A DNA stretch of 64,000 bases from Amoebophrya sp. A120 (lineage: Eukaryota; Protista; Dinoflagellata). The position numbers were made by a program, and so were the translations under genes. Shown one piece after another: positions 13,798 to 26,508 of this stretch (position 1 is its first letter; every line of letters starts with the position of its first letter). The notes below the pieces were generated by a model. It was not told where the DNA came from, did no database searches, and was given only the letters and a program-made list of their open reading frames with translations. The stretch covers positions 3,269,498-3,333,497 of the forward strand of contig CAJINV010000008.1 in assembly GCA_905178155.1 (NCBI GenBank), written 5' to 3'.

Positions 13798-15567
13798 TTT
13801 CTGCTCCTCCTGCTTCCGCTACTTACTGTGCCGACGTCGCAACGGGACTCCGGGGTCGACGAGAATTCTAGCGAAACACGGCCAGGAGTAGTGCGTCGAG
13901 GACCACACCAACGGTAGATACAACACAGCAGGAGCGGCCACCGATGAAGATTGATTATAATTGTTAGGTTGTAGTAGATTTATTCGGGTAGAAGTTCTTT
14001 CGCCAAAGGCCATGAAGTGAACCGCGGTGAGCCTCGACTAGGCTTGATAGCAGGTCGCGAACCGCTGGACCACAACAACGTGTAAGTAACTCGAGCTCCT
14101 TGCTTTTACCGGAAAAATTTGTGCACTCCTCGGCCAGATTCGACACAATGATATTGAGGTGTGCGCAATGAATCGGCAATTAATTTTGACTTTGCCCGTT
14201 TTCTTTTCCTCCGTTGCAACCCGTTTGATTCTTTTTCTTGAAGGAAGCTGGCTGCAGCGGCCTCGATGCACACGGCGAACGAGTGGCTTTTGATATACTC
14301 AAAAGCTAAAAATGCGAGTGAAATTCAACATAATCATCATGTATTAATCTACATTTACCTAAATAAGTCACGATAAGTGATATCTGTAGTGTGATGCAGA
14401 CCTTTGTGAAAATTCCGTTCTTGTTTTTCTTGGGTGATATTCTTTGATATCAATCAAGTACAACAAATAGACGGGGGCTAGTACAACTTTTATCGGTACA
14501 TCAACTCCACTGCTGATGTAAGATCAACGCTTGCGCCTGCCAGGTATTTGATATTGTAGGGTTCTTCGGTGATAGAAGCATCTCCTGCATCTTTTTCACT
14601 TTACAAACGATGCTGTTCGAAATCGTAGTAGCGTTACAAAATCCGTCGCCGCCTTGGAGAAAGGAGATCACGGTTTTTTTTCATCGCTGAAAGATACATA
14701 GTACGAACGCAGTTGTAGTGCCGTCGCCTAAAAGGCTCCGCCTGAGGTCCAATTACATCAGCTATCGCAAAAACAATACGCTGCCGAGTAGTCTGCGTGT
14801 CTGAATAGAACCTAATCTTTTCATCTTGTGTCATCACGAATAGATGCTTAAATGCAATATGCGAAAAAAACCTTATTCGTTTTCGTACGTTGTGAAGAGG
14901 GTTTCATGTGCCGAGTGAATGCCTTGTGTAAGCTTGAAGCGCTGGACTGTTGCGGGGAGTGGGAACACGAAAAGCGAAAACATGCAAGTCGTGCTTCTAC
15001 ATGTTACTTCAGAAAATGGGACGACAGCGGATCGACAAACATCAAAGCTACGCGTTCAAGGATCGGCATTGTCATCTTTTTCCTTGCGCGCGTGCGGCTG
15101 CGAAAGGGGTAATTATATATAATTGCAGCGTCGGCGGCTTCCAAAATAAGCGAGATCTTTCAAAATTGTGCGCCAACCTCGAGGGATCATATGGCAGGTC
15201 TCTTGCGCTCCAGAAGTAAGCTAGATCCTCAGCGGGAAATTCAGCTTCATCGGGAACAAAAAGCAGAACTCACCATGTTCGTTTCCTGTTTCTGGTTGTA
15301 CGGCATCACGAAGACAAATTAGGTGTACTAGTGGAAGATCTTCTTCATCTCGGAAATAAAAGAGCGAGGCTCAGCTCTTTATTGCTGCGTGAACATCAAT
15401 ACAATAATAATATTCGCAATTAGCTGAAAATCATATTAGGCGGTTCTGTGTTATTCCCCTCTTTGGAATTCTTTCCGCCCACATGCTGCTCTTGCAATGT
15501 ATTTTTTTACGTTTTCTATTTCTATTTCTTCAGGCAACACATTCATGAGAAGATTACGAGTCATTTT

Positions 15568-17382
15568 TCAAGCACTGGCACTACCACCAACGGGACGGCA
15601 CATTTCCCAAGGAACGAAATCATCCAGAGCTTGCAAAATCCTATTCTGCAACCTGCCGACCACCTCTAGCACAATATTCTGGCCCCCGAGAAAGATGTCG
15701 TGGAAGGAAAGCAGCCGAACCCCCGCCAGCCTGGGTTGAACATGTGCTACAGTCTGCAGCAGCTTTCTGAAATTCGACGTCTCTTTCAGGTGTTTCACGT
15801 TCATCCAGAGCTTTTGTTTTTGAATGTCGAAATTATAAAGTCGTGAGGTACAACAACTATTCTTTTTACTGGAGCTAAAGGTTGCCGCACCTGCAGTCTT
15901 TCTTGGTACCATTATCGTGCTGTCATGTGAAAATTTCTTGTTCTGCCGCAGGAACCCCATCTTGAGGCACAGCCGCTTCGCGGGTGGGCTCAGGACGGTG
16001 CAGGTAAACAGTTCGACCTGTTCCTTCACCGCCTCCCGGTCCATGCAGCGCACCAGCCCGTGACCGACCTCTCTACCCCGGAGCTTGGGTAGAACCACGC
16101 AGTCCCACAGGGACCACGAGGCTCTCGGGGTGTTCCAACGAACTCCTTCTCTTACACCTTCACCTTCCCGAGAAGCAGAACGGACGCAAGCGCGGCCATC
16201 TTCTGTCGCCGTTGTTCCCCTCCTTCCTTTGTCCACCCCGAGACGCGATTTATTTTGTGAAGAACTCTTTATCGCCCGCAAAACGCCGACCAGCTCGGTG
16301 GGTGGATTTCCTTTCTCCTTGTTCGGGTGCTCGTTTGAAGATTCAGCTCTATTTTGTCCCCCAAGAACATGCACAGCATTGGCTTTTCGCAGCGGCTCAA
16401 CGACCGAATCCCGTTGCGTGTCTTCATGGTGCCTTTCCGAATGAACATCCTGGACCCGATTTCCCAATGCTGCAGAAGTAGCTGTACTAGATGATGAACC
16501 AGCACAAGGGTCTTCTTCCCCGAGAAAAATCCGTTCGCACAGCACTACCACGCCGTCTCGCACGCTCGTTTGCAACTTCGGCCGCACGGCTACGTGGTAG
16601 ATGCAGTAGACGCACGCGTAGTGAAAACAATGCAAGCCGAGTAGGAACAGGAAAAAGTCGCACGCAACCGGCACAAAACAGGAAGTCAGGATAAGTTTTG
16701 TGTTTTGGGGGAAGAAGAACACTAAAGCCGCCGCGCCACGGTCCTGTTGTAGAGGAGCCTGTTCATCAGGAGAGACTATTTTGTCGTTTTCTACGACCAC
16801 CAGCAACGACTGGAATTCTGCATTTTGTAAAAATTCTGTCCAAATTTTCTTCGCGACCGCGATCGCGTAAAAGAGAGGCAGAATGTAGGAGCGCAGGACC
16901 ATTTTGGTCGTCACGGACACCATGAACCACAGGTGATGATGCGGGTCCCAGAGTTTTTCGAAAATAAGCGGAATATCCTCTTCCCGAGCGCGCCGGTAAA
17001 CGAGCGAGTTCTTCAGAACTGCGAAACTTGCGGCAGGTGGCCGCGCTGACGTACCACTAGAAGTGCTGGCGCCGTAACAGGTCGGTGTAGATCCGCCTTT
17101 TGTTGCGCTGGCAACATCAGTGTCGGCCGACGACATTTCGTTACAAATGCCAGGTGTGCTCTTTGTAGTCGAGTTACTACTAGGAGTAAAATCTTGCATC
17201 CTGCCGTTAACAACAAAAGCGAACCGACGGAAGATGCTTCTGATTCTGCTTCTGAGCGACATGATGCATTGCAGAGGTGTCCCATCAGCGACCAACCGAG
17301 CGAGATCTTTAACAAGAATACGAATACAACCGATACCGAAAGTGCGTAAACTTAAGTTGTTCAAAGTTGTCATGATTTTCAT
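15568..17382 (-). CDS. GNAT-family N-acetyltransferase with hydrophobic insert (NAT8/Camello-like layout); true start may be M at 17136
   Basis: GNAT-like N-terminal LVYRRAREEDIPLI; motif A WDCVVLPKLRGREVGHGLV; motif B SPPAKRLCLKMGF; two hydrophobic segments between them. Confidence 0.65.
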   Translation of the reverse strand: MKIMTTLNNLSLRTFGIGCIRILVKDLARLVADGTPLQCIMSLRSRIRSIFRRFAFVVNGRMQDFTPSSNSTTKSTPGICNEMSSADTDVASATKGGSTPTCYGASTSSGTSARPPAASFAVLKNSLVYRRAREEDIPLIFEKLWDPHHHLWFMVSVTTKMVLRSYILPLFYAIAVAKKIWTEFLQNAEFQSLLVVVENDKIVSPDEQAPLQQDRGAAALVFFFPQNTKLILTSCFVPVACDFFLFLLGLHCFHYACVYCIYHVAVRPKLQTSVRDGVVVLCERIFLGEEDPCAGSSSSTATSAALGNRVQDVHSERHHEDTQRDSVVEPLRKANAVHVLGGQNRAESSNEHPNKEKGNPPTELVGVLRAIKSSSQNKSRLGVDKGRRGTTATEDGRACVRSASREGEGVREGVRWNTPRASWSLWDCVVLPKLRGREVGHGLVRCMDREAVKEQVELFTCTVLSPPAKRLCLKMGFLRQNKKFSHDSTIMVPRKTAGAATFSSSKKNSCCTSRLYNFDIQKQKLWMNVKHLKETSNFRKLLQTVAHVQPRLAGVRLLSFHDIFLGGQNIVLEVVGRLQNRILQALDDFVPWEMCRPVGGSASA

Positions 17383-17646
17383 GCTAGTACCGATGGGACG
17401 AAAGAGTAATACTAGACCAGGATTTCAGAAGATGATCATTGAAGACACAAGTCCAGCGAGTATTGAATCATGCTGAAGATGAACCCACAGACTTCAAACA
17501 CGCACCCTTCCCGCGGTAGCGCGAAGATCATGCTCTTGTAGTTCATCGGCTGCAGGCACTTCTTATGATGGTGCCATTCGTGGCCGTCTCTGCCCTATGT
17601 GTCTCTCAGGAGCAGGAAATGGACCACAGAGTATCAGGGCAACCTC

Positions 17647-20437
17647 TTACGTTTCATCATTCCCGTCCGGGATCACTGCGAGCGGGGCAGCGGAGCCCGC
17701 TTCACTAAGGCCGTGCGCCGCCTTCGATCCGCATGGAAATGCAAAAACCCGCAATCGAGGAAATAGAAATACGAGCTTGTCGTGTGCGTAAAAAATGCAG
17801 CACTACTTAAAGAAGTACAAAGCTTCTAAATGAAGACCCTAATAAAACTACCGAGGGACACCTGCAGCTGCTTCTGGTTCAACTTCATTCATAATCATAA
17901 CAAGAAGATCTTCAGCTGCATGACCCGATGCAACGACAGCTCGGGCTCGTCCCTGGTACGCAGCACGACAAGTTGCACCAAAAATAAAATATGCGAGTTC
18001 AATTAGTATCTATCTGCAGCACTGAGCTGCAGCACGTGTTTCTCGTCCTCTACACCTACGACTTTTCAGCACGTGATACTTGATCCATCTGTTCGTTGTT
18101 TGCGGAAGGCTCCAGTATGCATGGCGCAAGTCGTATCGTCGGAATTGCAATTTATTATCACTCTCGAGGTCGAGGCTTTCCTCTCAAATTATTACGTCCA
18201 TGAATGAAAGCAAGGCAGATGCTGCATCACAGGTGGTTCTTCCTATGATCATCGATGGTCTCCAGTGCTGTCACAGCCGGAGCAAGATGAGCTCGGAGGT
18301 CATGATCTTCCCAACGAGCAGCGAAGATTCGCTGACAACTACAACAAGATAGGTACTTATAATTTTTCGCTTGCGTCATTTTCTGCTACAGATGCTCGTC
18401 ATCAAAGTGTTCGAGCAGGCAAAAGAATTTCTATTCCGCTCAGGCTCAACATCTTCTCGCGGTGCTCACAATAAGACTTTTGTGCACAGCATACTGCTCG
18501 GCTCTGCTTGGTCCCTCGGAGTTGGTACCGAACGCGCCATTTCAAAAGGAAAAAATCCCCCCTCCCCATATCGAAAACGAAACTTGTGATGCTGTATATG
18601 AGTAGACAAATCGACTTGTATTGCTAGACGGCCAAGAGCCGCAGCTGTGGCCTCGTTTGCAGGCAATTTTCCATGCTGTTCCCCACTTCCACCTGCCTCC
18701 TGCCATGCTGAAGATGCAAGGCTTTCCCACGCAGCCCAGCACTACAGTCCGCATCTTTTCTCTTCTAGCATGACTAAGCTGATTTGTGACCACAAATCTA
18801 CATCACAGATTTCCGTTTTGATGTGGGGAGGGGGAATTTTTGTTATCTTGATACGCCATACTTTTCAACCTCTTCCACATCGTCAGCCGGTGCTCCGTTT
18901 CCGTCTGGGAGAGTGGTAAATGATGGAAGAAATTAATAGATATTTCAGCTGCGACCTGCCAATCGCTTCCGACGTGGCAAAAACAAAATGGCGTATAATT
19001 AGTAGTTCCAGAATTACAATCAGGTCTATTTCCATTTAATACGCGTGAAGTAGCTACAGATTACAACAGGTAGTGTGTTCTGTATCTACTTACAAGTACC
19101 GCGGCCAAGCTTGCGTTCGTTTGCGCTGTTCCACGCGCGCCCGCTACGTCTCCGTCTCCCTTCCGTTATCCCAGCACAAAATGTTCTAGCACGACACCGT
19201 ATCTTCTCTGAGACTGAGCAGCTCCTCTACGCACAATGAATAATGGATAACGATATAACTAATTGCAATAGAGGTTCATTCTTTTATGAAGAAAGACCTA
19301 CAGACGAGTGCGCAGACGTTGAATCATGATTTTGTAATTGAAAACTTTTACTTTCCCGTCGGTCTGTTCGTCGAGCAAGTAGAAATGATGAAATCGTAGC
19401 TGCTACGATTCGTGCATTGATAAAATTTTTGCAGCATCTTAGCCCACTGCCATTGTTCCCCACGACCAGGTGATTCTCTGGGTCGCTGGTCTCTGGCGTG
19501 GCTTCGCCCGCCCGCTTTACCACCATGCGCAGCAACCGGGCGCGCTGGAACTCGCGCCACATGTACGTGTTTTTCGCCTTTTTCACGCCGTACGCCCGGC
19601 GGCTCTCGTTCGGCAGCGGCGTGCCCTCGCCCGCGTGCCGCTTCTGCTCGATTTTGGACACCTCCTGTCGCCGCCTCGATGTTGAACCTGTTGTCATTGA
19701 CGATACTATGATCTTCCCATGATGTGCTACAGGTATTCGTATACATAATACATTTTTGTGCACGCCCCTTCAGATTTGTTTTACATGTCCGTGCAGCTGC
19801 ACATAGAACGGCGCGAACCAACAAAATCCGCCCTGAGCCGCTCGAACCTTACAGGTCCAACTCTCTAAAGCGGTTTCTGGGTGACAAAAGACACCGTTGG
19901 GGGGAGATGGCAACATATTAATCAATTGTATTCTATCTTCCTTTCGGGAATAAGCACTTTCTTTATACTTCTTTTCCCCACTCCGAGAGCCGACGACAGC
20001 GTTCCACTCAGGATGCCGCCTGCGCTCGGTCTTCTGGCGGGCCCCGACGCGGCACTAAGACCAGCAGAAGAACTTGGATCCGCGGTCGCCGCAGGCGTAC
20101 TACCGCCGGTCGCACTTGGATCTCCCACACCTGCATCTGGGCTCTCACCTCCCTGCAGAGAGTAGATCTCTACTTCTTCCTCCAGCACCGTGGGATCCAG
20201 GTCCATCCAGCTGTCAAGTTTGTAGATCAGCCGGGAGAGCAACAGGGCAATCACGGTACACAAAACGATCCCCACGATGGCAGAAGTCTCCATGCTATCC
20301 TCATCCAGAGCGAGCTCGCGGCGGGCCGCGCTTCTCGGGAGGAGCAACCGTGCCGTGGCCTCAACCCCGAACTTGCGATCGACCTCCTGCCACATCGTAG
20401 AGACGAAGAGTTCGTCCTGCTGTGATGCGCCCCGCAT
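17647..20437 (-). CDS. Multi-exon gene, probable single-pass membrane protein of unknown function; 3' end uncertain
   Basis: ORF 19922..20437 has a TM segment (SAIVGIVLCTVIALLLSRLIY). A GC3-rich exon lies at ~19440-19680 (QEVSKIEQKRHAGEG…), and an introner at 18540-18853 interrupts downstream coding. Not all exons resolved. Confidence 0.45.
18540..18853. mobile_element. TIR introner, AAAATCCCCCCTCCCCATA family, inverted relative to the 59712 and 61919 copies
   Basis: Perfect CGCCA duplication (18535-18539, 18854-18858); TIRs share the purine/pyrimidine core; internal sequence matches the reverse complement of the 59712/61919 copies. Confidence 0.8.
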
Positions 20438-21080
20438 GCGAGAAAAGAAGTGTGTTTAGTCTAACTTTGTGGTGTCGCACAGCACGCGCAATGGCTATGT
20501 ACGTCTACTATCCTGCTGGTCCTTTATTACGCACGCACGATGCCGACGTCAACGTCTGTAGTTACGCTTGATTTAGATTCATTGACCTGCGGGTGTATAG
20601 CCAATGCAAACATATTCGATTGTGCCCCCCGCACACGTAAGTATGTCGCTCCGCAGCTCGAGCTGAACAAATTCTTTGATTCCAAAAGGATTTTTCATTC
20701 CCCTCAATGTTTGTTGTCACTCTCCAAAGAAACAACGCGAAACAGATGATACCACAAACGAGACGGCCTGGCTGCAATGGCGGCCTTCTACCAAAAGCAA
20801 AACGGTAGCACTGCTGCAGAGAAACCAACGGAGATAGGCTGCGTACATATTCACGACTTAATTTCACGTGAAGTAGAGCGAAAGAAGAACACCATTCTCC
20901 AACACCATCGTGAGCATTTGCAACAGTGTCGTGGTCCCTGAGTATGCGGCCATCATCTTTTTTCAACATAGACATTGTACTCTGCAACAGCAGTTGCAGT
21001 AGCGCCTCTGAAATAATTCCCATTTGGTGCATTTGATGCTGAGCAGCAGCAGAGGTAGAATTTCTTGTTTTCACCACAGG

Positions 21081-24000
21081 CTACAGAATTTCCCTGCGAA
21101 AGCTGGCTTTTTGGATCGGTCGCTCCGCCACAGACACCTCCATCATTTCGACCCCGCGGGCTGCGTATGCAAAGTGCAACCATATTCTTTCGCTTTTCGT
21201 CAACCTGGGCCTGGCTGGGAGTACAACAGGAAAAAAGCGAACTAACTTTGTCCTTCTGGTACTGCCGTGCATTTCATTTCGAAAAAATCCTCGAAGTGCC
21301 AACTGTATGCTGAACTTCAATCCAGTCGTCCCAGATAACCATGCCGCAGTTGACGTAGAGTAATATCATTGCAGTTGATACTTCGCGCAGCGACGTGATG
21401 CCCAGTTGCTGCAACAGTCCGCAAAGAATGAGGTCCCAAATATTCGTATAAACTGCAAAAAACCACGGGATGAGCGTGTCTGCAACTTCTGCTTCCAAAT
21501 GCGTGGATGAAGAACAATCGCGCAATCTTGACAGCGATACTTGTCATTATCTCGGCTTCTCGCATGACAGATCGACAGCACGGGCTAAATGGGTTCGCAT
21601 ACAGGATGAAAACCTCGGCATCAAGTCTGGTGTTGTACTAGGACTTGCATGGAAAATCATCTATTTCCTTGAATGCGAACGTCAAACTACTATACTTGAC
21701 ACGTATTGGTAATCGTAAAAATTGAAAAATGTTTTGCCCCGGTATATACTCACTTCTACTACTTGCATTTAATATGCAGACATGCTCATTATGTGAGGGA
21801 TCCATTTCATGGCGTAATACTCGGCAAGTTCTTCGGCTGTGCTGTGCTTGATTGGCAGCAGTCGGCAGTCCTTCTGCGTATCGCACGAAAGAAAAAAATG
21901 CTTCACTGAGGCGATCGGACTATCAGGGACTCGCATGACAAGTGATAGCGAAGGAAAGCGCCGCGAGCTGAATCTGCAATGCAAATGAATGTCCAACTCG
22001 CGCGACAAGTTCCTTGTCGTTACATAGATTCGTGAGAGACTGCGCGCTCCATGACAAAGAAATTTCATTGTTAGTACGTGCTAGTTCGAGGCTAAACGAG
22101 CAAGAATGCGCGCGCTTCTAGCATTTATTCTAGCTGCAAGAAAGCACATCTTCTTCTTCTATGCTGCATCGGAATGAGAAAGAGCCACTACCACCGCGAC
22201 ACAAGTTTTTTAGGTAGCTATAAATACAGTAAAACAATCTTTTCGTGCGATAGCGCGGAAAAGAGAAGTACTGCCCGGACTCCGTCAGTTATCCATGAAA
22301 AAAACTATGCTGAAAAATGCAGGACAGGCGAAAAGTGTAGTCGTGCTCCATGATCATCTTCTTCAAGTAATTTATAGAAGATACGACCTCCACAACCTCA
22401 GCTGCTTGTTTCTCTTTTTCACATCAGGTACGACTACACGCTCCTGAAGAAGAGGATTTAGAGACCAAGATGTTTTATTTTTCTGTCCCCACGAGCATGG
22501 AACAAAACATACCATATCGTTCTGTGCAGCCATGCCTCATTCAGAACAGCACAATTCTTTTTCTTCGATAAAAGAACCTCGACATTTTTTGCGACGTGAC
22601 GCCTCCTAGCCGCGTCGAACTCGTCTTCCAGGACTACGCGACTTGGATTTGTCTTGCTGCCCTGCTATGCAAAAAAACACCTCGGGATGAGTATGACTGT
22701 ACGTTGCAGACGACGCAAGACAGCTACACTTGCCATGCTGCACAACACGCGTACTTAATGGGTGACTCCATGCAAGTTCTTTTCACGACGTAGCCACACA
22801 TGGCAAGTTTTCCCAGTTGTCGTAATTCTGTTCCTGTTGTAACCGTAAGTGCAAGTAGTTGTTCGCCGAAAATAAAGTCATACACAAAACAGAGTTTTTT
22901 TTCTTGGATACCGGCGGCTGCTGCGAATCTACTCCAAAAAAAATTGCAGGTGCGCCGATGCTATCATTTCTGTTCTCGTGTTCAGCATCCACGGTGGTTT
23001 TGCTTTTTCCTCCCTCTTCTCTCGCATCCACGACGACAGTTTTGCCGTCAGTGTTCCCGCCAGGACGCAGTGCCAAATTACCGGCGTCTCTTTTGCTTGT
23101 CCTCGCCGCGTGTGTACTACCTCCGGCGGCGGCTTGAATGACAACAACATCAGCCCCGCGGTCCTCGCACGCTCGAATCAAGTCCGGCTTCTCGAGGACC
23201 GATGTAGAAGTTGCACTTTCCGCCCTGTTGGTACCTGATCCATGATGTGATTTGGGTAGCATTTTGCTGTATCGTGGCGCGAACACAAACTTCTTCCCAA
23301 ATCCCCAGAACGCTGGCGCCCCTCGACGGCTGCCAGCTTTACTTTGTATGTTCTCAAAGGTCACACCCTTCATACTGGTGCTGAACTCCGGCTCTGTATC
23401 AGTAAAGGCGTATCTGCGCTGCTTCGCAGCGTCTTGTGTACTACTAGATACAGCAGCGAGGCGTGCAGCAGGGACCGCACCGCGACGTCCGCGCCACAGA
23501 GGTGGCTGCGGACGTCGCACTTGTCCGCCCACAGACGTGGGTCGAACCGTGCTCCAGCACTGCGACGAGAGGTCGCAGCGCCGGGTGCAACAGAGGCTGC
23601 AACAAGTCCCGAACCCTCCCCAACAGAGGTCGCTAGCGGGCAGTGGCGGGCCACTGCGTCGCCGGAGAGAGGGGCCACGAGCCCGCTAAATCATATATAT
23701 TCGCGTCATAGACGTCAGGATGTGCCTTGCTAGTGTGTGAACATAAAATAAGATGAGTAACAAGCCGCGCGTGCTTCTCTAGCATGCGCGCGCCATCTTC
23801 GCCGCCCTCTCCAGATTGATTGCGCACCGACATCGGCGTGGGCATTGGCTGCGCGTCTCCTGTGCTCCCCCGGTGTCGTCCATTTTTGTAGGCAAGGGCT
23901 GGCCACGGGAGAACAAAAATGGGGCCACAGAGGTGGTTGACCCATTCCGGCCCTCACGAGGTTCGCGCTAAGTAATGCTGCGCGACCTAGTCATATCTGT

Positions 24001-25154
24001 GATGCTTAGAATGTGATGTCTCGAGTTTGTTGTCTAGATTGGGAATGAATTAGGTACCTTGTGGGGGGCACGTTCGAATCAAGTCCGGCTTGTCGAGGAC
24101 CGATGTAGAAGTTGCACTATCTTTCTTGCGGTGGGCGACAGCCACAGCTCCTGAAGCCGCCTCCTCCCGGTCAGTTTGATCTTGTCCCTCCCGGTTCGCT
24201 TCTTCACTCGTCTCATTTGCAGCTGCGCAGCAGGGACATGCTGGTCCTGGTGGTGACGGCGTAGCCTCCGCAGGTGTGGAACTGGAAGCAAACCCTCCTC
24301 GTCCTGCAAATAAGTGCAATCCAGCGGCCCGCTTCACCTCCGCGTCCGGGGGTGCCTGGTCGTGGTCTACTCCGTCCTCCGGAACCCGGATTTTCAAAAC
24401 GTCGCTCCTGTACGGCAAAAGCACGTACTCATTGAGGGCTTTGCAGACCTGCTTCGTGACCGTTTTCACGTCGCCGAAGTCCAGCACGTACCCGTCGTGG
24501 TTTACTCGGTTCCCCTCCAGCAGCGTATCCACGGGAAAAAACTCTTGTCTATCATTGTGACATAAAAGTTGTGCCTGTAATGTCGTGTTGAATATCTTGT
24601 TTCGGCAAGACGACAACGCTCTTTGAAGATGTCCTCATGCGGGCAATGCAGTTTCTTGAAATTCAAATTCCTCCCGTAGTGCGATAACAACGAACACCGG
24701 GTGCAGAGGACGTAATAGAGAACTCCTTGTGCAGCTGTTGTAGCTACAGAATCAAGCTGCAAGTGGTGTCGTTTTCTCCCAAAGATAGCGCACCTTGACC
24801 GTGTAATTGTGCCCGTGCAGCCGTTCGCGGAAACCCCGGAAGGCTACAAAGTGCGTATGCAAGTGCCCTAGTCCCCTCCTCCTCGTTTGACAGGCATCAA
24901 GAACAGTACTAGGAACGGATACTTACAGGAAAGTAGGTTTTGCATGACCAATCCGGAGACAGAGCGCGGTACTGTTACTGTTTGCGCGCGCAGAGTAAAA
25001 ATTTGCCGCGCAAATACTGCACAAAACCTAACTTCTTGGCTTGGGCTTGGCTACAATTTACATGACAAATACGGGAAGAGAATTGTGCACTGCCATAGTG
25101 CGCGGAGGAAAACTTGAAGTCAACGGAATCGATCTCGACAGAAAAGGGCAACAT
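21081..25154 (-). CDS. PTPS: 6-pyruvoyltetrahydropterin synthase family protein, PTPS-III type (ExxHGH), 9 exons, with a ~240-aa low-complexity insert
   Basis: Spliced: MLPFSVEIDSVDFKFSSAHFVAFRGFRERLHGHNYTVKV(R/L)LEGNRVNHDGYVLDFGDVK…LNEYVLLPYRSDVLKI…[insert]…NVEVLTESGQYFSFP(R/Q)KDCRLLPIKHSTAEELAE(Y)IWDLIL…RGVEMMEVSVAERPIQKASFRREIL*. Family motifs FSSAH, HGH, G.V.DF, TAE and terminal E occur in order. Confidence 0.88.
21166..21380. mobile_element. TIR introner (PTPS intron 8)
   Basis: TATC/TATG termini; flanks CTGCG/CTTCG; +5 removal gives LR(E/A)ARGVEMM in frame. Confidence 0.7.
21879..22252. mobile_element. TIR introner (PTPS intron 6)
   Basis: Perfect 12-bp TIR TATCGCACGAAA; flanks CTGCG/GCGCG; +5 removal joins YFSFP to KDCRLLP. 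Confidence 0.8.
22290..22570. mobile_element. TIR introner (PTPS intron 5)
   Basis: TATCCATGAAAAAA / TATCGAAGAAAAAA; +5 removal joins NVEVL to ESGQYF in frame. Confidence 0.7.
22666..22910. mobile_element. TIR introner (PTPS intron 4), also spliceable as GT-AG
   Basis: TATGCAAAAAAA / TATCCAAGAAAAA; flanks CCTGC/CCGGC; in-frame join. Confidence 0.7.
23235..24057 (-). other. GT-AG intron (PTPS intron 3) flanked by an AGGTACC direct repeat
   Basis: CAAG|GTACC…GATCAG|GTACC; joins PPQG to TNRAES in frame; 823 nt. Confidence 0.7.
24526..24787. mobile_element. TIR introner (PTPS intron 2)
   Basis: TATCCACGGGAAAAA / TATCTTTGGGAGAAA; +5 removal gives YTVKVRLEGN. Confidence 0.7.
24856..25097. mobile_element. 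TIR introner (PTPS intron 1), non-canonical
   Basis: Perfect GTGCG duplication (24851-24855, 25098-25102); TIR TATGCAAGTGC/TATGGCAGTGC; splits the conserved FSSAH-FVAF; no GT-AG register possible. Confidence 0.85.
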
Positions 25155-26508
25155 GATAAAATAAAGCGTCAAATTTTTCAAGTCGGTGAAAGATCAAGAT
25201 ACGTAATTCTATCTCAGCACACAATGACTTCTGACCAAATAAATCTTAATGTGGACACGTTGCAAACGATTGACTGCTGCTCACGAGATGTATAAAAGAA
25301 GGAGGTTGATCGCACATTCCTTGCCCTGTGTGATGAGATATAACTACAGTTAACAGCGCAAAAATCGCCCACGATCTGAGGTCGAAGAGAGCGCGGATCA
25401 TATCGCTCAAACGAGGTGGTATAGCTGCTAGTGCTACCTCGGAGGTTTCGTAAAGTTTCGATTTGTTCTCGACTGAAGGATATCAAACGGCCTCTGCAGA
25501 AGCACCGGACGAGCGGCGGCCGAATACTATGTACATAGCCACATCTCCACTTTCCGCCTCACCTTGTGCCTACCCTAAGAAAGTCGATGAACTTGTTTTT
25601 CTGATCAGGAAACAGGGACTAGACAATGATCATCTTTCCTCGTTCTCGTTTCGCATCAAACATAGGCGGAGATGACCAACAGGAGCACGTCTCACTGCTT
25701 CGTATCCGGTTGCAGGAACGGAAAAATGAAAAAGGCACGGCGCAACACGAGCGAAGTCCACTGTAGACAGGAGTGGCGCAAGATGAACAGTGACGCCCTT
25801 CTTTGATCAGGATCTTCATACATGCTGTGCGATCGAAATGCCGGCCATTCGTCGTCTCAACATTTTTCTGAGATCAACACTTTTATTTTGATGAAGGTAC
25901 ACAACGCGGGATTACAGGAACTCACAGACATGATTGACATCCTGTACGTTTACATCGCAAGCTGATCACAGAAATAAGTCACCACGAGGACGAGTGACGA
26001 AAACACTTTCGTGCGTATGACACGAACGCTTTGATTGCAGTTGCTGAAGCTGATGCTGACCAAGTGATCAGAGGTGCTCGAATAAGTCCAGCCGGCATAG
26101 CCTTTCAGAGGACAACTCTTCTAAAGAAGGCCAAGAACTGGCGTTGAATCCATCACGACAATCTCAATTTCTTCGAAAGGAACGTCTTTATTTTCACATC
26201 TTGCGAAGCTCCTTTCAGTTGTGGATGTGCTACTGGCATCAAAAAATAACCTCCGCGATATAGACTGCTATACACGGATGAACAATATTAATTTTCATCG
26301 GCAAGCAGTAGAATTCCCCATGTAAAAAAGCCTATTCGACTGCGGTTTACGGTGTGCTGGACTCAGCACGTGCTGCACTCAGTGCTTCGACAGCTTCGTC
26401 CGACGTTCATGTGCTGAACTGCACCTCGCTTCTGCTGCTCGGCCTCATGGATCTAGTCGAGTATAGTCGTGTAGTAAAGCAGTGCTGTCGTGTGGTAAAG
26501 CAGTGCTC

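Noticed and set aside
4598-13871. Plus-strand ORFs opposite the large gene
   Set aside because: Antisense shadows of minus-strand coding sequence.
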